Numbered from the stretch's first letter, positions 14,101 to 26,626 are shown. The stretch: DNA of 64,000 nucleotides from Eledone cirrhosa (GCA_964016885.1 OZ024743.1:26908001-26972000); one strand, 5' to 3'. The notes: generated by a model from the sequence alone, not told the origin. A program made the numbers and translations.

Positions 14101-14557
14101 CGTAGTCCCAGCGTGCATCTAGGATACCATTCCAGTCCCCCACTAATAGCAAGGAGCGGGACGTCCCCAGAAAAGTCTCCAGACGATGGAAGAAGTCCGG
14201 CCGCATTGACCCGAAAGGGCCGTAGGCGGCTACCAACCTAAACGCTCCGCCTTTACCACTGCCAAGGTCCAGAACCACTAGTCGACCCTCCGGGTCCAAA
14301 TGTACCATCTGTGTTGCGAGACCCAGATGTTTTTGCAGCAGAACGACAACTCCACCCCCACCTCCGGGCTGACAGAGAGATGCGTGCATCTCAAAGTCAT
14401 CAAAGGTGGGGGCCAGCTGTCGCACGTTGCTGATCCGGGCCTCGCAAATAACCATCACATCTATACGTTGTGACCTGAGGTCATTTAGAAGCATTGCTTG
14501 CTTCCAAGTTGAGCCCAGGCCACGCGCATTTAAACAGCCTACTCTTAGCATAGCCAT
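11191..14557 (-). pseudogene. Tx1 ORF2 (APE-RT-zinc knuckle), disrupted
   Basis: Likely ATG at 14557 (MAMLRVGCLNARG). Relative to copy C, a 71-nt deletion near 11979 shifts the frame and TGG>TAG near 11870 adds a stop. Confidence 0.9.
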
Positions 14558-14581
14558 GTTGGTGGTGAAGAGAAAAGGCAC

Positions 14582-15121
14582 TTACCTCTCTGCGTCCCGG
14601 GTATCGGGCTGCACAATTTCCATTAGGGTGGGGGATGGGTTGTTGGGTGGGGTGGTGGTTTGTGGAAGTGTGGGGGCATCAGTGTGTTGTGTGGTTGGGG
14701 AGCTTGGAGTTGTGTGGGTGTTTGGGGAGGGGGTGGGATAGTTTTTTAGGAGGACGCGGTTAATGGGCCCGACGCAGGGGGGGCCCACGTCCTCTTTAAA
14801 ATTGTTTTTTAAAGTTTTATAGGTGTCCTGTGGGGCCTTAATCATTTTGAGGTGGGGGAAATCCCCTGCCTGGGTGAAGTTAGGCCCTTGTGTTTTTATT
14901 AGATTGTTGTTGTACACAATGTTTAACAGTTTTTTGTTTCTTGTATTTATGTATGTGCATGCATGTTTTTGTTTTTGTGTGGTGTTTTTTGTTTGCTGTT
15001 GTGAGCTCTTTTGTGTTGGTGTCAGTGTTATGTTTTGGGGAGGGGTTTTTTTCATTTGTGTGTCTGAGGTGTGTTTTCTTTTTTTTCTTTTGATTGTGTG
15101 GAAGTGCTCCTCCTCGTCTGA
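14582..15121 (-). CDS. Tx1 ORF1, C-terminal fragment (5'-truncated)
   Basis: Frame is open from the (TCTA)n junction: SDEEEHFHTIKRKKRKHTSDTQMKK...; T/P/K/N-rich; stops 24 nt before the ORF2 ATG. Confidence 0.65.
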   Translation of the reverse strand, partial: SDEEEHFHTIKRKKRKHTSDTQMKKTPPQNITLTPTQKSSQQQTKNTTQKQKHACTYINTRNKKLLNIVYNNNLIKTQGPNFTQAGDFPHLKMIKAPQDTYKTLKNNFKEDVGPPCVGPINRVLLKNYPTPSPNTHTTPSSPTTQHTDAPTLPQTTTPPNNPSPTLMEIVQPDTRDAER

Positions 15122-15148
15122 ATAGATAGATAGATAGATAGATAGATA

Positions 15149-16692
15149 TGTTTCTTTTATTTGCCACTAGGGCATCAAAAGTGGGACAAGTACAAAGGGG
15201 GGAGTTTACACAAAAAGGTGTCCTCAATAAGGAGGAGGCAATAACAAAATATAAAAATAAAATAAGATATAACAAAAAATAAAATTTTTAACAAAATCCT
15301 CAATAGAGAGGAGGCGCCTTGGGGGGTCGCACACACCCCCGAAAAAAGTGTGCAACCCTTCTCCTCAGGAGCACAGAGAAGGGGTGCTCCCTTGGTCTTT
15401 CATCTTCCTCACCTATAGTCTGATGTAGAGTGAAGGCCCATTCACACGGGCCATTCTCGCCACTTTCACCCATCTTTCATAGAAACGGCTGGGGTGCAGC
15501 ACCTCTCTCTCCATCCTGATCCTTCTTCCGAAATGATATCGGAAGAAACGGACCAGTTGTTGGCCAGAGAGAAAGGTGCCTGACCTCAGTCCTTTCAGAC
15601 GCGTCCACCATACAACCTCTTTCGCCATGGCTATTACGCACAGAAACACCGCCTCTGCTTCATCTTTGAAGGGGGGAGGCGGCTTGATCGTTACAATAGA
15701 CTCGGTGGTCAACCGGATCGGTCCCACCCTTGACAGCAGTTGTTCGACATAGCCCCACAGATCGGCTACGCCCGAGCAGTGTACCAATGCGTGTGCAACG
15801 GTTTCCTCGTCGCACACGCATCTGGGACAGATCTTTTTGGCGGGGTCCCTACCCGGGCGCCCGTGTCTGTAGAGCCTTTCTCGAACGGGTAAAGCCCCTC
15901 GGTAGCACTGCCAGGCCAGGGACTTCTGGAAGTTGTCCATAGGTCCCGGGCTGAATGTCCTACCGAACAGGCTGGCCAGTTCGTCCTCCTCCATGTCTAG
16001 GGCTTCTCCGAGGGCGTCGTCGCACCTGCTGCGTACCAGCCCTCTATAGAATGTTGCGGTGGAGTCTCCACTGATAACCGGATCCGCCTGCCAGAGGGCG
16101 GTGAGCGCCTGGGCACACTCAGTGTGCCAGGCGCCCAGTTTTCTCGGTCTTTGCTTGACCCAGGATTGCAGCTCGGTGAGTGAGACGAGTCTGGGAAAGG
16201 TTCGTCTCACAAACGAGGCCCACACCGGTTGTCCGGTGAGGAATACGTAGAGGTGCCGTAGCCTTAATGCGTGTTTACGCATCATTAGCCACGGCATCCC
16301 CAGCCCTCCTTTCGAAGGGTGTTGACAGCAGATGGATCTCCTCACCATAGGAGCCCGCCTCTTCCAAAGGAATTGGAAGAGCGCGCGCTCCATCTTGGTG
16401 AGGGTTTCCCTTGGGCAGGGCACTACGGTCAGGCGGTAGTAGATGACGGACGCTATGTAGGTGTTCGCCACCTCCGCCCGACCTTTCAGGGATAGTTTGC
16501 AACTGGCCCACTTCTGGGTCAGTGCAAACACCCTGTTCGTAACCTCCGTCCAGTTTTTCTCCACCTGGAGGTCCGGTCCGAACCAGACCCCGAGCAACTT
16601 CACCGGGCCCTCCGTCCAGCGTCCGACGACGCCATCGGAGGGCATCGGTCTGCCCCTCCACGTGCCGAGTTGCAAACCGATCGACTTGTCCC
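15149..16692 (-). mobile_element. Tx1 LINE copy C (5'-truncated, near-identical to the 3' part of copy B)
   Basis: Open ORF2 C-terminus (RDKSIGLQLG...SLYIRL, ~15413-16693); same 3'UTR as copy B. Confidence 0.95.
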
Positions 16693-16701
16693 GATAGATA
16701 G

Positions 16702-16782
<81 letters not shown>
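16693..16782. repeat. (TAGA)n-(GA)n compound microsatellite at the 5' junction of Tx1 copy C
   Basis: Read directly from sequence. Confidence 0.95.
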
Positions 16783-16787
<5 letters not shown>

Positions 16788-17334
16788 CGGACAACAGAAA
16801 GACATATAACACAATCATCACACACACCTGAGCATTCAGAGAACCATATTAGTAAAGAAATTGATATATACATGTTTTTAGTGTGTATGGTAACACTAAG
16901 GGGTCAGATGGAATAGCAAAGGAAACAGATTGGCAGAATGTGTTTAAACAAATCTTCTTTGATGTTCAAGGCTTTTGTTCAATTTCTTTTTAGTATTTTC
17001 AGACAGATATAAGGCACGAACTCCTCTAATGAAGTGTTATTTCATTAGTAGAGAGATAAAGGACAACAGAAGAGAAATTGTTATTGAGTATTTCAGAGAT
17101 AACTTTAAATACTGGATATCAAAGAAGCACGTTTGATGACAAATTTCCTTTGTAATGATGAAGAAAGTGTTTTGTTTCTATGATTAAACATTGTTTATGA
17201 TATTTATTACATTGATTTCAGGGAATATCATGGTGTGGATGTAACTAGTGTCATTTAATTAGCAATACAATGATTAGTAGATAGATAAATATCTGGAGAA
17301 GAGAAAGTCTTTTTTAATAATCTTCTCACTCATC

Positions 17335-17590
17335 ACCATAATCATCATCATTGTTTAATGTCCATTTTCCACATTAGCTAGAGGCAAGTTGGGTCAGGTG
17401 ACCATGTCTTGCTCATATAGGACTATTTTTGACTAGATTTTTATGGCTGGCTGCCCTTCCTAATGCCAACCACATTTACAGTGTGTTGTGGGTGCTTTTT
17501 GTCCTGACTCCTACACGACCACTTTACAGTGTGTGCTAGGTGCTTTTAGTTGTGACACCTACACGACCACTTTACAGAGTGGGCTGGATG
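17335..17590 (-). mobile_element. RTE/SINE-B 3' module, 5'-truncated, with (GAT)n tail
   Basis: TGCCCTTCCTAATGCCAACC and repeated CACTTTACAGTGTG units; similar copies at 21425-21680 (-), 54150-54420 (+) and 32485-32582 (+). Confidence 0.7.
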
Positions 17591-19849
17591 TCTTTGTTAT
17601 GTTAATCTGTTATCATTGGAAGTAGAGGGAGTAATAACCCTTTTGTGGCAATATCTCTAACAAAATACACTGCCTTCAATTAATTTGGAAGGATTAAGTA
17701 AAATAACTAATTTCTCCTTTATTGAACTGTTGTTTGAAACATAATCTAACAGATGGTTCTTTTGTAAAGGTTTGAGAGCAGGGTTAAATTTAGATAAAAT
17801 ATTTTTAAATGGAAAGTTTTATATCACAGAATCTAGTGCAGCCTATGATGGGTTTGTATGAAAAGAGTTAAGGTATCTGGAAATGCTACATTCTGGTTAC
17901 TGTGTACACAGGTATGTCTGAGTGGTTCATAATCATATGGTTTCAGGTTTGATCCAACTGTGTGGCATCTTGAGCAAGTGTCTTTATTATAGTTTTGGGT
18001 CAACACAAGCCATGTGAATGAAACTATGTTGATGGAAAGTGTGTAGAAGTTCATGTATTGTGGTACTAAGGGTAGTTTCAGGCAGTTTTTTTTTACCAAA
18101 AGGGTTAAATGTGTCCGTCATGGTAATAAGTCACAAAATATTGGCCTTCCAGTCAGTATATTAAAATCCATTCAGCTAGCCAGGAATGTCACACAGCACT
18201 TTCAATTAATTACAAATATCACAAATAAGAAATGTCTAAAACAAGCAAGAAATATCTCTTATCAATTTACTTTACAAATTAGGCTATTATTTTAATTCAC
18301 AATACTTCTGATTTTTTTTATAATAGAACAGACAATTGTTTATTCTCAAGTAGCTTTAATCTTTCTAATACCAAATTGCCTGAAACTGCCTCTGACTCTA
18401 TGGCACAAAACTTTGTCTTAAAGTGTTGATATTTATCTAAAGATCTATCATAAGTTTATGTAAGAAACTATATTAAGGTATGTTTCAAACAGCTTAACAA
18501 TGCAAAACTTGATTAAATCCTTCCAAATTATTGATTATTTAAAAAATTATTTGAAAATAATAGGCAGAGTTTTTCATTAGGAAAAGCTAAAATATGATTG
18601 CAATGTATACACAGCCAAATCAAGCTCTATCTTAACTAATTGTAAGTAGGTAGCACAAGGTGGGATAATTCATCGTTGTTTTGGTAGTATAATGAAATTG
18701 ATAATTAATTCATTGATTTGCAGTTCTGACAGTTTCCTGGGAAAGGCTAGCATATTTCATCTTTTATCTGCTTAATGTCATGGAAACTGGAGATAAGCAT
18801 CAGTGGACTGAAGAGATCAGAGAAAGAAACAATAATACTGATAAATAAATATACTGGGACCAAGTTAATTAACTGTGATTTCCTCTTACAAAATATAAAT
18901 TTTAGTTGAGTCCTATAGAAACAATATTTTATGTACCCTACACAAGAATAATTGAAGTCAATTTTGTTTAACTTTTCATAAACAGATTTGTAGCAAGCTA
19001 CTTTCCTTTGGTACATTGATAGCATAAAAGTGCAGGGCGATAAAAATTGTGATTTTGAAAAAAGCGTGATTTGGCTAAGTCAGGCTAATCGTGAGCCGCA
19101 CACGGATATGTATTTTCAACTTCTGCCCAAACTGAGACTTTCCTGCTACTTTCAATAAATTCACTCTCTTTGTGCTTCAACTGTGGAAAGGTAAACAACC
19201 ACTTTTCTTTTGCTGTGAACCACTAGCCAATAACCACGGGCCTGGCTAACACCTCAGCCATTGGACCATGCCTAATTAAACTCTTAATTATTTTATTTCA
19301 TTTGTTTGGCATGCCAGCTCTTCTCACCTTAACCGTTGTTAATAAATTATGTAAAAACGTTGTAAAGTCTTGTGATGTTATTTACCACAACCATTGCCTT
19401 TAAATGTGATATGGAAAGATTCTTTCCAGAGGTCTATTTACAGCCGAACCTCAATTCAACTTACATTTACTGATATAACAAACCATACCTTTCCTGTAAC
19501 AACAAACTACATATTGTCGTTGATATTATTTGACCACTATACAGGTGACCTGCCGTAAGAAATAATCTATTGCTATAATGGTGACCTCTGTTGATACACA
19601 ATACAAATAGAAATATAACTAACATTATCATTATCCTTTTAAATACTTCTAAAGATTAATTAGACTTGTCAGCTATTGGAGGAAATGATAAATTAGGAGT
19701 GTAACAATCATACCTTTCTCATATTACTAATGTGAGTGAATAGAAATAGTTACAACTGAAAATTAAAATCAGTTCACAGACATATGTTTTGTCAGAATAT
19801 TATATCCAATATACATCAATAGTAATATATAATCTAAAGTCTGTCTGAA

Positions 19850-20110
19850 GCCAGAAGGCTCATTAGGCTGGTGCTTATCTCGGTTTCATGGCGAGAAGTG
19901 ACTGAGAATGAAAAACTTCCCCCTGCACAGGACACCAGTCCATCCCAAGATTAAACTCCCGGCTATGGCTGGTACTCATTTTTAGCTGAGTATACTGGAG
20001 CAATGTGAAAGTATTTTTCTCAAGAACACAACACGCAACCTAGCCCAGGAATCAAACCTACAACATTATGATCGTAAGTCCAACACCCTTACCAGTAGGC
20101 CATGCACCTC
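19850..20110 (-). mobile_element. SINE with family-B head and a different (V-domain-like) 3' part
   Basis: Head GGAGGTGCATGGCC...TTGCTCCAGT..ACTCAGCT as in family B, then GATGGACTGGTGTCCTGTGCAGGGG. Confidence 0.6.
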
Positions 20111-20165
20111 CACATATAATATATAATACTGTTTGTAAATTTAATTTTCAAACTCAATACACTAA

Positions 20166-20396
20166 CCCATTTGATATCAACCTGCCTCAAATAACCTTTG
20201 ATTCTATGGAACAAAATCCTCCATTTAGAAGGTTCCTATGAAATTTAAATCTTCCAGCATGATTTTATATAAAGATCTTTTTGTTTTGTTACAAATATTA
20301 ACTTAATAATTGAAATAATTTTAGAAAATCCCTTCAAATTCTTTATTGATTAATTCAAATAATGTGTATTTTATTAGAAGTATGTTAATGAAAGGG
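20166..20396. mobile_element. Old piggyBac-like MITE (second family)
   Basis: CTAA|CCCATTTG ... GAAAGGG|TTAA; an inverted related copy at 55856-56111 and fragments at 17.6-18.6 kb. Confidence 0.5.
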
Positions 20397-22267
20397 TTAA
20401 ATCTAACTTAGAAAATAAACCTCCCTTAGGTGACAAATACTTTAGATTCATTTCTGAATGGAAAATAAAACAATTTGATGATAATTGCAATAGCAACAAG
20501 ATAATTATGACTCATTTTCTTGCAGCATCTGGTAAATCATTTTATTTTGTTTTAATGTTTCTAATTCAACCTTCCATACTTGCAAAGGCGAGGTGTTTTT
20601 ATTAGAGAAGTTAATTTTACAGCTGGATACCCTTACAGTCGCTAACTACTCAAATGTAAAATTGGAATGTAATCTGTCTTTTGTAAGTTAGGCAAACAGG
20701 AGTAAACAAAGATATATGTCTTGCTCAGGGACAAAACACAATTATAATATTAGAATTTGTATCATGAATGCCTATGTGATCTTTAGTTCAGCATTTTAAA
20801 CACATAGTCGTTGTACACCTGATAAATTGCATACATTTAAATAGAGTTAGCTTTTGGTTGAGTAAGACTGTTATCAATTTAAATTTAAAAGATTTTCTTC
20901 ATATTCTGAAATAAAATATAATACTAATGAAATATAATGAGTGGCCTGGAGAACAATGAAGATATGTAATTGCCAGGAATATGACAGAAATAAATCCAAA
21001 GAAATTCAAAGATCTAGTCTTTGGTGAACTAGTTGTGATAATAATATAATCTATTCTAATAAAGTGCTAATAATAGATTATGTATGGTGTAAAAAGTTGG
21101 CCACTCTGTAGAGCAAGAAAAAGAGAGTAGTGATAGTGGAACATGTTTTAATCTCATGTCTTTATAGAAAGGGGATGGTAAGAATATGTGTGTGTGTGTG
21201 TGTGTGTAAAAAAAAGAAAGAAAGGGAGAGAGAGTGGTAGTGCTGGTGGTGGTATTAGTGGTGGTGATTGTTTTATTTTAAACCTATGCTGTTCGAAAAA
21301 TATTGTTTATCACCAAATTATAAATGAGTAAAATATTCCACTTTGGGAATTTTAGTCAGTTGTTAAATTTATTCAATTCACAAGTATCATTTGCATATAT
21401 ATATGAATTATAAACAAAACACTTCATCATCATCATCATCATTTAACGTCAATTTTCCATGCTAGCATGGGTTAGACAGGTTGTCCCATTAGAGGCAAGT
21501 TGGGTCAGGTGACTGTGTCTTGTTCATATAGAACTGTTTCTGGCTAGGTTTCTACAGTTGGATGCCCTTCCTAATGCCAACCACATTGATAGTGTGTGCT
21601 GGGTGCTTTTTGTTGTGACTCCTACACGACTGCTTTACAGTGTGGGCTGAGTGCTTTTTATCGTGACACCAACACAACCACTAGTATTGGTACCAATACA
21701 AAAAGTGCCCTGTACACCTTGCAAAGAAGTTGGGATTCAAACAGCTACAACATAGGGTAGAAAGGGCACATCACTCACGTCAAGGACATGACAACCTCCC
21801 AGATGTAAAGTGATGATGATAATGATGTTAATATAAGACACACACACATGCACACACACACACAAACATACATACATACATATGTACATACATACATATA
21901 TATGTACATACATTCATACATATACATATATATATCATTATCATCATCATTTTACATCCGTTTTCCATGCTAATATGGGTTAGATAGATCATCACAGTTC
22001 GAGAAAAGACATGGTTGGATAACATCTTATATGTTCCATATTTTTGCATGGTTTCTATGGCTGGATGTCTTCCTAATAATAACCACTTTGCAGAATGTAT
22101 TGGGCACATTTTTTATCATGGCACCAGAATCACAGAGGTTGTCAGATGCTCAACAAAATTGTAGTGTCCTCTACCCTATATTGTCCCCACTTGACTGTCA
22201 ACTACTTTACAGAGTGTACTGGGTGCATTTTTATCATGGTATTAACACTAAAGAGGTTGTCATGCAT

Positions 22268-22274
<7 letters not shown>

Positions 22275-22361
<87 letters not shown>
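22275..22361. repeat. (GT)n microsatellite
   Basis: Read directly from sequence. Confidence 0.95.
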
Positions 22362-22363
<2 letters not shown>

Positions 22364-22672
22364 ATGTTGGGAAACACCATGACAGCTTTCTTGGTGTACT
22401 TGGAAGCTCTGGGTGTAGTACATGAAATGAGGAGGGGTGTATGCTTCTGGAATTGTGTGATGCTCTCAACCTAACCATCTGCAACACAAGCTTCAGGGCA
22501 CCAACCATCCAATTCATTACCTATCAATCAGTTATTTGTTATTAGTTAGCATAGATCATAGGGGTCATCAGAGTTTAATTAAAATCACAAACAATTAATT
22601 CAATATCAATACAAATCATTCAAGAAAAAATACATCTTGTATATGAGTAAAATTTACTCTCATTAATATTAC

Positions 22673-23043
22673 TTTGGCAGTATCGGTAGAGGCTCGGACG
22701 CCATGCTTTCCAGCATAGTTACGTCCCTTTACGATCTGAGTTCAAATCCTGCCGAGGTTGACTTTGCCTTTCATCCTTACGGGGTCGATAAAATAAAGTA
22801 CCAGTAATGCACTGGGTAATTGCTGGCCTTGTGCCTAAAGTAGAAACAATTAATATTATTATTGAATTGGCAGTATTGGTAGAGGGTCAGACATGCTTTC
22901 CAGCATAGTTACGTCCTTTTACGATCTGAGTTCAAATCCCGCCGAGGTTAACTTTGCCTTTCATCCTTACGAGGTCGATAAAATAAAGTACCAGTAATGT
23001 ACTGGTAATTGCTGGCCTTGTGCCAAAAGTAGAAACAATTAAT
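22673..23043 (+). mobile_element. Two tandem SINE family A copies
   Basis: Units at ~22673-22853 and ~22864-23043. Confidence 0.85.
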
Positions 23044-23057
23044 ATTACTATTACATA

Positions 23058-23850
23058 TCATCATCACCATCATCATTGTTTAACGTCCATTTTCAATGCT
23101 AGCATGGGTTAGACGGGTTGTCCCATTTGAGGTAAGTTGGGTCAGGTGACTGTGTCTTACACATATAGGACTGTTTCTGGTTAGATTTCTACAGCTGGAT
23201 GCCTTTCCTAATGCCAACCACATTTATAGTGTGGGTGGGGTACTTTTTGTTGTGACACCTACATGACCACTTTACAGTGTGGGCTAGGTACTTTTTGTTG
23301 TGACACCCACACAACCACTTTACAGTGTGGGCTGGATATGTTTTGTTCACAGTGTAAGAGTGGTGTGGACAGGAGTGGATGGGTGGGGGTATAGTGGTTA
23401 AGAGATGCCTATTAGGTGTATGTTTAAGTCTGTGCATATGGGAATGCATGTCTACTGTATTACTGTGTAATGCCAAAGATCTCGATCCTGTGTCATTCTT
23501 TAAGAAGTTCAAATGTGCAAGATCAGCCTTTATCCTCTCATACCAGGCTTTGCTGGGTCTTCCTACTCCAAGGTTTCTATCAATTTTGATTGCACCTTTT
23601 TATACAGCTGTCATACTTCATATGTATCACATGACCATACCAACACAATCTCCTCTTTAGCATACTGCATCTGATCCCTCATACCTAATTTCTCTCTTCA
23701 TTTACGCTTTGCCGTTCATGTATATTACTAATATACATCCATCAGAGCATGCATGCTTCATTTCTTTCCAGTCTTCGTAGGTCCTCAGTACATAGTGCCA
23801 AGGTCTCACTATTATGCAACATTGCTGTTCATATACAGGCATCATGAAAT
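23058..23850 (-). mobile_element. RTE LINE 3' fragment, degenerate
   Basis: Homologous to the RT C-terminus and 3'UTR of the 37783-40215 element; (GAT)n tail. Confidence 0.8.
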
Positions 23851-24681
23851 CTATATATATATTATTGGTGACTAATCTAATGATTACAAAAAAGTGAAAA
23901 CAAACTGACCCCAGAAAGATTTGAATTCACAAACAAGAGACCTGAATCTAAATAATAAAATAATTCATTTTCACTTCACCACTCATAACATGGTCTCAAT
24001 ATGTAATATGATTCATTGTCAGAATATCTTCTCACCTCTAGCATATACTGTTAGAGACCATGTCATTACTCGGAAATATCCAGAACATAAATATATATAT
24101 CATACTTGAAGTTGAGGAAAATATTCATGCAATGCCAGCATTAATTGCTGTATCACTTTCTCAATTATCTCCAGCTTCAAACAATTATATTAATTGCTAA
24201 GAGATAATGGAATAATCTCATTTTAGTATGTGTGTTTAACCCATGCCAGCTTGGGAAAACAGAGGTTAAATATTGATGATAATGGTAATGATGATAATAA
24301 TGATGGGGATGAATATTAAATATATATGTATATATATTTTCTTATTATATATATATGTATATATATCTATCTATAATACTTATAAAAAGGAAGTTTGTTT
24401 GTTTGATAATAACACTAAATAAAATTGGTAATAATTAAGGTTTTTCAAGTGTTTTCAACTAATCTGACATCCGACTTGCTCACCATCGACTTTTTCTTCG
24501 AAATTGGATTGGCGAGGGGAGGGGGGATTTTACTGCCCTTTCTAGCACAGTGACTCTGTGGTTTATATATTCTTGCTGGTTTATATATTTATATAATTTC
24601 TCTCTATCTCACTTTTACTCTTTTATGTGTTCAAACCAACAGGGTGAGGCCATGCTGGGGCACCGCCTATATTGTATTATT

Positions 24682-24713
<32 letters not shown>

Positions 24714-24718
24714 CACAC

Positions 24719-24785
<67 letters not shown>

Positions 24786-24788
<3 letters not shown>

Positions 24789-25666
24789 TTATACTTTGGG
24801 AGGGTCATGTTGCCAATAAGAAACACACGCACCAGTTGCTTTCACTTCAGTTTATTATAATAAATTTATAATAAATTTATAAATTTCTGGTTGGTTGGTT
24901 GGTTCCACAACCAGATAGTTGTTTATATATAGTCATAGTTCTTTCGTCACACACTCTGTGACCCCTTCAGTGACTGGGGATTCCTTTCTTTGTTTCTGTG
25001 CCTCTCCTTTGTTCTGTCCTACGCCATTTTGTTTCTGTGTGTGTGTTGTGTGCTCAGTCTGCGCATGCGCCACATCCGGGTGTCTGTGTGTGTTTATGTT
25101 CATTTATTTATTTGTTTATTTACATGTTACTGGTTGGTTGTTTGTTCTATGTGTGTGTGTGTTTTCATTTTGTCCTTAATTGTAAGTTGTGATGTTGCTG
25201 TTCCACTCATATTTTCTATTTAATTTTGGTTGTAATTCTTTTATGTTTATTGCCTCTGTAATTTGTCTAAACATTGCGTGTTTTCTGTGTGTAGATTCTA
25301 TTTTTATTTCTATGTTCTCTAATTTACCCTTGTGTTCTATTTTAGCATGTTGGTAGAGTACAGATGCATGAGGGTCTTTGAAAAGGGTATGTCTTGCTAA
25401 TAAGTGTTTTTACGGAGGTACCTGATCTTTCTACTATCTTAATATTGAGTTTATGTTTATTTAGGGCCCTTCTAAATTTGTAAGCTAATTCACCTCTAGG
25501 GGTTGTATCGATGAACATTACACTCTGGTATTTATTGCTATCATACCATGAGTTTATTCTATTAGCCTTGTTCCTAGTTCTTTCTATTCTATTCCAAAAT
25601 TTGCTCCTATACAACTGGTGCGTGTGTTTCTTATTGGCAACATGACCCTCCCAAAGTAGAACAATA
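24786..25666 (-). mobile_element. Penelope-like element (PLE) remnant with inverted terminal copy
   Basis: Linker peptide YRSKFWNRIER..VMFIDTTPRGELA..KIVERSGTSVKTLISKTYPF..C.C; a second frame (25176-25349) gives HAKIEH...RQITEAINIKELQPKLNRKYEWN, typical of a GIY-YIG C-terminus; ~52-bp inverted repeat at 24786-24838 / 25611-25666; near (TA)n on both sides. Confidence 0.8.
24931..24975 (-). ncRNA. Type I hammerhead ribozyme-like motif (variant core)
   Basis: AGUCA-CUGAAGG-G-GUCAC(AGAGUGU)GUGAC-GAAAG-AA-CUA-UGACU: stems I, II and III pair; core has A9>G. Confidence 0.6.
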
Positions 25667-25721
25667 TCAGTTTCAACACACGATTTCAGATAAAGAATCT
25701 TGCTAAACAAATTCAGAAACG

Positions 25722-25755
<34 letters not shown>

Positions 25756-25774
25756 ATATTTATGTATATATATA

Positions 25775-25812
<38 letters not shown>

Positions 25813-25910
25813 TTTATGTATATATATAATAGCACCACCATTGCTCACCCTGTTGGCTGGAACAAATAAAAGGGTAAAATAGTATAATATGGCTGGGACA
25901 GGTAAAAGAG

Positions 25911-25960
<50 letters not shown>

Positions 25961-26016
25961 TCATCATCATCATTTAACGTCTATCTTCCACGCTAGCATG
26001 GGTTTAGAAGGGATAT

Positions 26017-26626
26017 ATCATCATCATCATCATCGTTTAACGTCCATATTCCACGCTTGCATGGGTTTGGATGGGAGTTTTCCCACTTGAGGCAAGAGTG
26101 GTTGTCTTGCTCGTATAGGACTGTCTGGCGGGTTTTCTATGGCTGGATGCCCTTCCTAACACCAACCACGTTTACAGTGTGGACTGTGTGTTTTTTTGTC
26201 GTGACACCTACACGACCTCATTTGTTTCGGACTGGATGTTGTGGTACCAACATAGCTTTAGATTGAAAGGGGTGGTGTGGATGGGGTGGGGGTAGTGGGA
26301 CGGGGGTGTATTTTTGTTAGAGGTGACTGTAGGTTTCGCTTTGTACTTAGGCAAGGCGGGTCTTCTGTATTACTGTGTAGCGCCAAAGATCTCGGTCCAG
26401 TGACATTGTCTTAGAGAGGTGTAAGTGTGTGAGGTCGGAATTTATCAGGTCATCTCAGGTTTTTCTGGGTCTGCCTACTCCGTGGCTACCGTCTATTTTT
26501 ATCGCCCTGCACTTTTTTATACAGCTGTCGTCTTTCATGCGCATCACGTGACCGTACCAACGTAGTCTTCTCTCGAGTAAACAACATCTGATCCCTCTTA
26601 TTCCAAATCTGCATTAGTTCGTTTAT
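26017..26626 (-). mobile_element. RTE 3' fragment (left arm of a tail-out pair)
   Basis: RT C-terminus, 3'UTR and (GAT)n tail on the minus strand. Confidence 0.85.

Larger units (their letters stand above)
10927..15121 (-). mobile_element. Tx1/L1-clade LINE copy B (3' part of ORF1, ORF2, 3'UTR)
   Basis: APE endonuclease (LNARGL, GDWN, YLDRF, SDHK), RT (RQGCPLS, YADD) and C-terminal CxxC..H...C; bounded by (TCTA)n on both sides. Confidence 0.95.

Noticed and set aside
11508-14741. Plus-strand and alternate-frame ORFs over Tx1 (likewise over the RTE at 38206-40056 and Tx1 at 62333-63978)
   Set aside because: Antisense or shadow frames of GC-richer retroelement coding sequence, with no recognisable motifs.
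16693-16873. N-terminal extension of the 486-aa ORF
   Set aside because: Read-through of (TC)n/(TCTA)n and flanking DNA; Tx1 homology starts only at RDKSIG.
24366-24420. Helitron-like 5' end (TCTATCTATAATACTTATAAAA..GTTTGTTTG)
   Set aside because: No matching hairpin-CTAG 3' end was found.
24612-25880. Outer imperfect ~45-bp inverted repeat around the PLE, read as transposon TIRs
   Set aside because: More simply explained as two diverged SINE-like tails in opposite orientation; no TSD.
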